A stretch of 64,000 bases of DNA from Octopus vulgaris. Taxonomy: Eukaryota. The position numbers and the translations under genes were made by a program. Below are positions 56,618-64,000 of this stretch, in pieces. The notes under the pieces were generated by a model. That model saw nothing but the letters and a program-made list of their open reading frames with translations, ran no database searches and was not told the origin of the DNA. The stretch lies in assembly GCA_951406725.2 (NCBI GenBank), contig OX597838.1, positions 16,058,001 to 16,122,000 on the forward strand, in the 5' to 3' direction. The number at the start of each line of letters is the position of its first letter. The stretch's first letter is position 1.

Positions 56618-57677
56618 CTACTCAGTGGAGGAAGGTGAAGAGAGAAAGAAAGAGACACACAGTGAATTAAGTAATCAACAGGTGGAGGCTAAGAAGGAAC
56701 AGGTGGTGGGGGGTGGGGTGGGGGTGGGAGTTGAAGGTGGTGGGTATGGTGACAGGTTGCCTATCTTGTTTTATATATATATATATAAAAAAGAGGTGCA
56801 GGTGTGGTTAAGATGTTCACTTTCCGACACACATGGTTTGGGGTTCAGTCCCACAGCAAGGCACCTTGGGCAAGTGTTTTTTTACTATAACTGCTTTGTG
56901 AGCGAATTTAGTCGATGGAAACCATATGAAGGCCCATCCTATTGTGTGTGTGTACGTGTGTGTGTGTGTGTATGTATATATACATACATACACACACACA
57001 CAGATGACATCAAGTTTGTTAGTAACTAAATATGAAGAACTAATTTATTCTAAGGATAAAGACACTTGCCCAAGGTGCCATGCAATGGGATTGAACTTAA
57101 AATTATACAGGTGTGCAGTCAACTTTTCAACTAGACATCCATGCATGCATCTATGGTCTACAACTGCCATACTAACACTCCTTGTTTTGCCTATCATGTG
57201 TGCACACGCATACACATGCAAATACATGCACATTCACAGAAATTTTCCTCTGGATTTATTCATTAGACACCCACTTATCACATGCACCCACACAATTTCC
57301 AGTCAATTTTAGTGTCAGTGACCAGGCTGTACTTGTACAGTAAACTCTCCCTCATCTGGTACTCAAATAACCAGAATGCTCAAGCAACCAGCACCCAGGA
57401 AAAATGAAAAAAATGCATTGTTACTAGGAATCAGGAGTACCTACTACTTTGGCATGGTTTCTATGGCTGGATGTCCCTCCTACTGCCAACCTCTTTCCAG
57501 CATGAGTTGGGTGCTTTTTTCATGAAGCTACCATGTAGTTTTCAAAATTACAAACCACAAGTGGACAACTTTATGCCAGAAGATGAAGGGTACGAGAAGG
57601 GTAAAAGTATAGGAGAAGGGGCCAGAGCAGAATATGTTTCTTGTTGTAGAGGTGCTACATAACTACTCACATTTTAA

Positions 57678-57901
57678 CCCTTTCGTTACCAACCCGGCTG
57701 AAACCAGCTCTGGTTCTGTAACACAAATGTCTTGTTTTCATAATTTTTTGAATTAAAATCTTCCACCAAACCTTAGTCACAATTAATGCTCCTAACACTA
57801 GCTGAATGATAACTAAGTTATTTTACTAAATTCTTTGTTATATTTAAAGTAATTGAAAAAAACACAGAGAGCATCTCAACAGAAATAAAGTAACAAAAGG
57901 G
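57678..57901. mobile_element. piggyBac-type MITE
   Basis: TTAA on both sides; TIRs ccctttcgttac / gtaacaaaaggg. Confidence 0.8.
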
Positions 57902-58939
57902 TTAAAAGAGAGGGTAGGGGTGATCGGGTGGAGCTGGAAAATGATTAAAAAATAATATAATGGTGATGAAATGTCAGGGTGGGTTTTCACAGTACGAGGT
58001 GGGTAGATATGAGAGGAACAGAGGGACTTATATGTAAAAATATTTTGTTATGTTTCAAACCCCAGCTTCATATTTACAAATAAATAGAAAACTCCCAAAT
58101 TTATATATGTATGGTATGTACTCAAATGTATGATGTGTACCAGGGATTATTGCAACAAAATTCTGAAAAAGAAAAATGACATGCACTGTTCCTTCTAAAC
58201 CATGTTCATGCATGCATATTTTATAAGTAACACGTACAAACAAAAATTTATGTGCACAAGAAATATATATGTGCATAAAAAGTTAGTTACAAAAAACGAA
58301 AATGTAACAATTAATGACAATAGTTATTATATGTTCAGTGTACATATACTTTTGTCACTAGTGTGGTGGGGGAAGAAGGCAATATGAAACTTTTACAGAC
58401 ATTGACCACTAAAATTTAAAGGGACACACTGGTTTTTGCTTAGTATTACAATGTATAGAAAAAGAAATGATTAGCCAGATTTATTACAATTGCTGTGGAA
58501 ATACTGTATAAAATACACTGTACAAGTTCACATTGTGAACAAAACAAAAAACAAATGTGGAAGTTTGAACTTTAACAGTGTAAGCTATTAAAGTGCATTG
58601 CTACAAATTCAATACTACAAACAAGTTTTTTTGTGAAATACAGTATTTTACTAAATTCCTCAAAATTCTTCATGATTTCCAAAATTAATTAAAATACAAG
58701 TAGTATATTTTGTTAGAAAATATATGACCACGAAAGGAGTTAATATAAAACTAAATAATTACAGGCAATAATAAATCTCTGAACGAGGTATAAACAGTAA
58801 CTGCACGACAATGTGAGGAATACTTGTTCTCCTGGGGCTACAAGCTACAGTAACACCCACCCTTAGTGGTTAGCCATATTGAGATGGCAAGTATACCTCA
58901 CATTAAATAATTACAAATACTAAGAAATCTGACACCAAC

Positions 58940-59118
58940 CTTAAGATATCTGAAGTGACACTGCTGTCCATGCTACAGTTCTGGTTGCTATTGATCAGGC
59001 TGGTGTTGAGGACACTACTGCTAGTGCTTGCCTGCATCACGTTGTCCATGCTCATGGGGGCAGTCTCATCTTCATCTGAGTTACTGCTAACCATACTCTC
59101 ATTTAATGCTGCAAGAGG
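58940..59118 (-). CDS. KIF1A: KIF1A/unc-104 Ser-rich linker exon: PLAALNESMVSSNSDEDE...SSVTSDIL
   Basis: Acceptor ttttgcag, donor gttggt; 179 nt, phase 0 to 2, in frame with both neighbours. The linker is poorly conserved, so support is frame and splice signals. Confidence 0.82.
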
Positions 59119-59171
59119 CTGCAAAATAACAAGGTAGCAGAGTTCACTTTCTAGAACCTTCAGGGCCCGCC

Positions 59172-59340
59172 TTCATCATCATCATCATCATCATCATTTA
59201 ACGTCCGCTTTCCATGCTAGCATGGGTTGGACGGTTCAACTGGGGTCTGGGGAGCCCGAAGGCTGCACCAGGCCAGTCAGATCTGGCAGTGTTTCTACAG
59301 CTGGATGCCCTTCCTAACGCCAACCACTCCGAGAGTGTAG
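59172..59340 (-). mobile_element. RTE-like retroposon 3' tail ending in (GAT)n
   Basis: ctggatgcccttcctaacgccaacc motif with (CAT)n; longer copy at ~62016-62405. Confidence 0.65.
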
Positions 59341-59415
59341 CCACTCCGAGACTTCAAAAAAAGAGATTGAAAATCCCCGACACAGAAGAACGAAGGAATC
59401 AACAGAAAGAATTAC

Positions 59416-59733
59416 CTTGTTCTGAGAGCTGAGGGGTAGACGTCCTTGTAATAGGAGTCGTAGACATTTGGCTGTCAATTCCTTGTTGGCGTCGCCATTA
59501 GTGACAAAATCTGGGATAGGTCCACCGGGATTGGAAAATTTCAGTTTCTTATCAGTTCCATCAGTGGAGAGGTCCTTGTCATCATCTCCTTTCAGCTCTT
59601 CTTCCTTGGCACGCTGTGACTTGGCTTTTGCATACATGTTGGACGCATCTTTATCAAGTTTGCTCAGCTCTTGGGTTTTGTTTTGTTCACCAAGCTTCTT
59701 TCTCAACAGGAGAATGTGCCGTGCCTTCTCTAC
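59416..59733 (-). CDS. KIF1A: KIF1A/unc-104 coding exon: VEKARHILLLRKKL...ELTAKCLRLLLQGRLPLSSQNK
   Basis: Continues the conserved VEKxRHxLLLR and ELxxKCLRLL motifs. Acceptor ttaacag, donor gtaatt; 318 nt, phase 0-0. Confidence 0.93.
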
Positions 59734-59934
59734 CTGTTAACAACAACATCAGAACAAAATACAGTTAGAAATTTGGTATTTGGTTTTTGGTAAGACACAA
59801 CATCCACCACAAAGTCCAGTCTTTGTTGTGTGTCTCAAATACAAATACACACAATCATATTCTAACACACAAATGTGCTTGGCAGACATCTTTTGCCAGT
59901 CATGGTCCATTCACGACAGACAATAAACTCTTAC

Positions 59935-60080
59935 CATTTCCAGTCGAGTGAGTTTCTCAAGTTCCCATTGGTGTTCTAAGATTAAAGAGTCACCACGGGG
60001 CCGCCAGCCGTTAAGGTTCTCCTCCCCACGAACATAGGTGGAAGATGTATCTAGAACACGACGCTGACGTCTTTGTACAC
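59935..60080 (-). CDS. KIF1A: Kinesin-3 KIF1A/unc-104 coding exon (stalk): (G)[48 protein letters not shown]
   Basis: Peptide matches the conserved KIF1A/unc-104 motif RRVLDTS[29 protein letters not shown]. Acceptor ttctgttgtag, donor gtaaga; 146 nt, phase 1 to 0. Confidence 0.95.
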
Positions 60081-60169
60081 CTACAACAGAAAAACATAAC
60101 AATTGTTACTGGAAAATCATTTTAACACACACACACATAAATATATACACACACATATATATACATGTA

Positions 60170-60385
60170 TGAAGGGGTGCTGAAAAGTTCCTGGCTTTAA
60201 GTGTTTTGCAAAAGGCCTGGCTGGAGGCCCAACCTTTTGAGTTCTTTTACAGGGTTTAGAAAAACTGAAGGACCACTGCAATAAGTGTGTGAATCTAAGA
60301 AGGGAATATATTGAATAAAATCATAATTAACTGATCCTCCTGTATTTTCTTTTACCCAAAACCAGGAACTTTTCAGGACCCCATT
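60170..60385 (+). mobile_element. Mariner MITE, same family as 29784-30004
   Basis: TIRs gaaggggtgctgaaaagttcctgg / ccaggaacttttcaggacccc and the shared interior. Confidence 0.85.
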
Positions 60386-60865
60386 ATATGCAAGCTCACA
60401 CACACACACATATATAGAGCAGGGGTAATCTAAAGACACTAGTAGTTCTAGCCTGTGTCAGTAAATGATAAAGTGGTAAACACAAGCAGTAACTAGAAGT
60501 GGAGTACCAGTCATACACTGGGTCAATGTAATCAACTAAGCTCCACCCACTAAAATTGCTGGCCTTGAGCCAAAATTTGCTGTTGTTTATTACAGCTGCA
60601 TGCTACTTTCTAGTAAACAACCAAGTAAACAACCACGTTCCAGAGACGTGAGTTCATCATTGTATTCCAGGCATGTAGAATGGTGTATGTTACAGGAAAA
60701 CTGTCTTTTTTTTCTGTGTTTCTTGTTTTAGAGTTTCATCTGTTTGTGTGTGCAATGTGAGCTGTGTTATCTTGCTGTGGTGGTGGTGGTGTTTGTGTTG
60801 TGTGTTTGTGTTATTATCACTTAACTTGATTATTGCATCCATGATAATAAAAATTATAGATTTAG

Positions 60866-60902
<37 letters not shown>

Positions 60903-60904
<2 letters not shown>

Positions 60905-61107
60905 GGTGGCAAGCTGGCAGAATCGTTAGCACACTGGGTGAAATGCTTATTTGTATTTCGTCAGTCTTTACATTCTAAGTTCAGGGTTTACTTTGCCTTT
61001 CATCCTTTGGGAGTCAATAAAATGAGTACCAATTGAGAACTGGGGTCAATGTAATCGACTAGCCCCCTCCTCACAAATTTCAGGCCTTGTGCTTATAGTA
61101 GAAAGGA
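60903..61107 (+). mobile_element. Family A SINE between (TTA)n runs
   Basis: Head ggtggcaagctggcagaatcgttagc and core gcctttcatcc. Confidence 0.8.
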
Positions 61108-62857
61108 TTATTATTATGACATAAACAGAGAGAGTGGAAAGGAGAAAGAGAGAGAGGAGAGAGAGAAAGAGTGAAAAGGAGACAAACAGACAGAGTGAGC
61201 AGAAGAGAGAAATAAGCAATTACTGAGATGACTCTGATTGGACCAGTTTATTTCAGTTACACCTTTAAGAAAAGAATGAAAGTTAGGCATTCTCCAAGAA
61301 AGAGAGAGAGGAAGATAATAGACAAGAGAAAAAAGAAAGGGATAGGAAAAGAGTTGAAAAGAAAAAGGAAAGCAGGGGTGGGAAGAGAATACAGAAGAAG
61401 AGGTGGAAAGCCGATGGAAAAGAGGTAAGTGTTAGGGGAACAGGGGCAAAAATGGGGAGAGATGGCCACGAGAAATAGTGAAAGTGGATCGAGAAACGAG
61501 AAGGCAGAGAAAGAATTCACCGGAATACAGAGGCAGGAAAGGAGTGGACAAAGAGGGAGAACTAGTGAACACAGGAGGAAAATAAGGGTGAGATGGGGCA
61601 ATACAGAAATAAAGAGAAAAAATGGGTGAGAAAGAGGAAGATTGTGAGGAAAGGCAAAAGTGTGAGAGAGTATGAGACATTTGGCAAAACTGTTACTGTG
61701 TTGCTGATTCATGTTGACTAATTTGGCATTGGATACTTTGTCTTTGGGTCGTTTTGGAAGTATGAGCATTTTTAGTGTCTATTCTTGTTGACAACTAACT
61801 TATTATCACAACTATTAATCTAGCTGAGTAGTAAATTTCTTTAACTTCCTGCTTCACTTTATGTATCATCATCATCGTTTAACATTCTATAACAACTTTT
61901 CTAAACATTACCTTAATAATGATAAAAATTATCTATTTAATGCTGGCATAGGTTGAATGGTGTGTCAGGATATGATGGGTCCAAAGACAGCATTATGTTC
62001 CAGTGTCTGCTTTAGCATGGGTTGGACAGTTCGACCGGGGTCTGGGAAGCCAGGAGGCTACACCACGCTCCAGTCTGATCTGGCAGTGTTTCTACAGCTG
62101 GATGCCCTTCCTAACGCCAACCACTCCGTGAGTGTAGTGGGTGCTTTTTACGTGCCACCGGCACAGGGGCCAGAAGAGGCTGGCAATGTCCACGATCGGT
62201 TGGTGTAATTTATGTGCCACCAGCATGGGTACCACAACTACAATTTCCATTTGATTTTTATTTTGATGTTGATGTACTTGACTCAATAGATCTCCTCGAG
62301 CTCAGCAGTCCGCCCTACAATCCAAGGTAAGCACAGCAGGCCGTCCTGTGAGCCATGAACTCACTTCATTTGTCGGGTCTTCACAGTCACAGCATATCTC
62401 CAGAGGATTCGGTATATGGAAGCTAATGTCTATGTCATTTAATCACAATTAATATTAAAATCTCTCTCTCTCTCTCTATTTACCTCTCTATCTATCTATC
62501 TAGCCATCCTTCCATCATCTATCTAACTATTTGTATATTTATATTTCTTCATATGTATGTTTGCCTCAAGGCTAATGTAGAATTATTATTATTATATATA
62601 TATATGTATAATTAAACTAAACAAATTAGAGTTACACAACTAGCAAAATGATAAACTAGCTACTGAATAATCTGTGAGTTTCTGAATCAAAAATATCTTT
62701 TTACTCTCCACCTGATATCTCTTCCAATGAATGTAAATTATGATTTTTGTTTTTGAAACTCTGAAAACTTAATTTTTGGCAATGGAACATTAAGAAACTA
62801 TCGATGGTAGGAGATGGAGTAGACAGGGAACCTAATATTGTGTGCTGAGGTACTTAC

Positions 62858-62917
62858 CACGGGCTAGCATTACCCGTTGAAGATCTCCATGCACCGAGAA
62901 CCTCTTGGGGCGAGAAA
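62858..62917 (-). CDS. KIF1A: Candidate 60-nt cassette exon of KIF1A: SRPKRFSVHGDLQRVMLAR
   Basis: Acceptor ttttgttctgctag, consensus donor gtaagt; phase 1-1 matches the phase-1 start of exon 59935-60080. GC- and CpG-rich island within an AT-rich intron. Confidence 0.65.
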
Positions 62918-64000
62918 CTAGCAGAACAAAAATGATTTTTTTTTCTCAGCAAAGAGAGAAAGTTCAGAAAAGTGAGAGGCAGGGAATGGATAGGAGGATG
63001 AGCTGGGGAAAGTGTGACAGGGAATGGAATAAACAGAGAGAGAGAGAGAGAGAGTTGGATTGGTGGAGGGAAGGAGACAAAAATATAAGGACAAAGGAAA
63101 GTGGAAAGTAAGACAGGTAAATATAGAGGAGGGTAAGAAAGAAAAGGTAAAAAGGGGAAAAGTTAAGATTAAGAAATATGAGACAGAGAGAGGGAGAGAG
63201 AGCATGAAAGAGAGAGGCTTATCAAAGTTATGTTCTAAATCAAGGATTTTATTCATTTTGTGTGTGAGCTTTAAACCCTTCAAAGTTGGGGAACTTTAAC
63301 TCATCTTAATTGCCAAACCTTAATCAATTAGATTTGGTTAGAGTGTGCAAAAGTTAAACTTGCAAAATTTCAAAACAAACTCTTCTTTCATGAGTGTTGT
63401 TGTTAACTCAGCCAAAGAAGTGCTGCACTTTAGAGAAGAGAAATCAAGTTCAATTTCAGCTATAGCAATTGATATATCATTTAGATTTGTCTTTATCTTG
63501 TAGTCAGAAGGAAAAGCAGTTCTCATGATCCTTTATAGGGCTTGTGAGAAAGAGAGGGAAATTCCCCTCAAACCTGAGATCTGACTTGAATTCTTACAAC
63601 AGAGTATACTCTGCTAAAGGCACTCAAGGTGTTAACCACTCAAGGTGTTAACCATGTGACCACTCATGCAGGTCACAGCAGAATTTGAACTCAGAATGGA
63701 AAGAGCTGGAACAAATACCACAAGGCATTTGATTCGACATTCTTAGTTCCACCAATCTCTCAATCTGGATTGGTAATTCCTTTTTTTTTTTTTTTTATCA
63801 GACCCCGCAAAAAAATTAGAAGAGAAAAATGAGAAAAGAAAAATATGAAAGGCAAAGTTGATTTTATCAAAATGTGAACTCGGGTCACGCGGTGCCAAAA
63901 CAAAAGCTGCAAGACATTCCATCCAATGCTCTAATGACTCTGCCAATTCCACCACCCACAACTGATCACTTATCAAGTGAATACCTCAACTGATAAATGG

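Noticed and set aside
59468-59740. Plus-strand ORFs overlapping KIF1A exons; also 58955-59137
   Set aside because: Antisense shadows of the real coding exons.
63338-63526. 62-aa minus-strand ORF in the KIF1A intron
   Set aside because: No similarity to KIF1A and no convincing splice pair.

Overview
Eukaryotic, AT-rich, microsatellite-saturated DNA. The SINE families resemble those of Octopus, so a coleoid cephalopod source is inferred, not proven. A 100-N gap lies at 31301-31400. Right of the gap is the 3' part of a minus-strand kinesin-3 gene (KIF1A/unc-104). Seven core coding exons splice in frame through the PH domain to a stop at 51689. There are also two frame-preserving cassette-exon candidates (60 nt and 45 nt), a candidate 29-nt alternative stop exon at 42046-42074, and a candidate ~7.6-kb terminal 3'UTR. 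Left of the gap is one signal-peptide-encoding exon (11056-11181, minus) of an unidentified secreted, neuropeptide-like precursor. Repeats include tRNA-derived SINEs, decayed mariner transposases and their MITEs, hAT and piggyBac MITEs, a Helitron-like element, an R4/Dong-like retrotransposon remnant, a CR1/L2-type LINE 3' end and an initiator-tRNA relic. Most entries in the ORF track are microsatellite artefacts. No clearly novel multi-gene system is evident. The best leads are the alternative 3' architecture of KIF1A and the orphan secreted-peptide exon.
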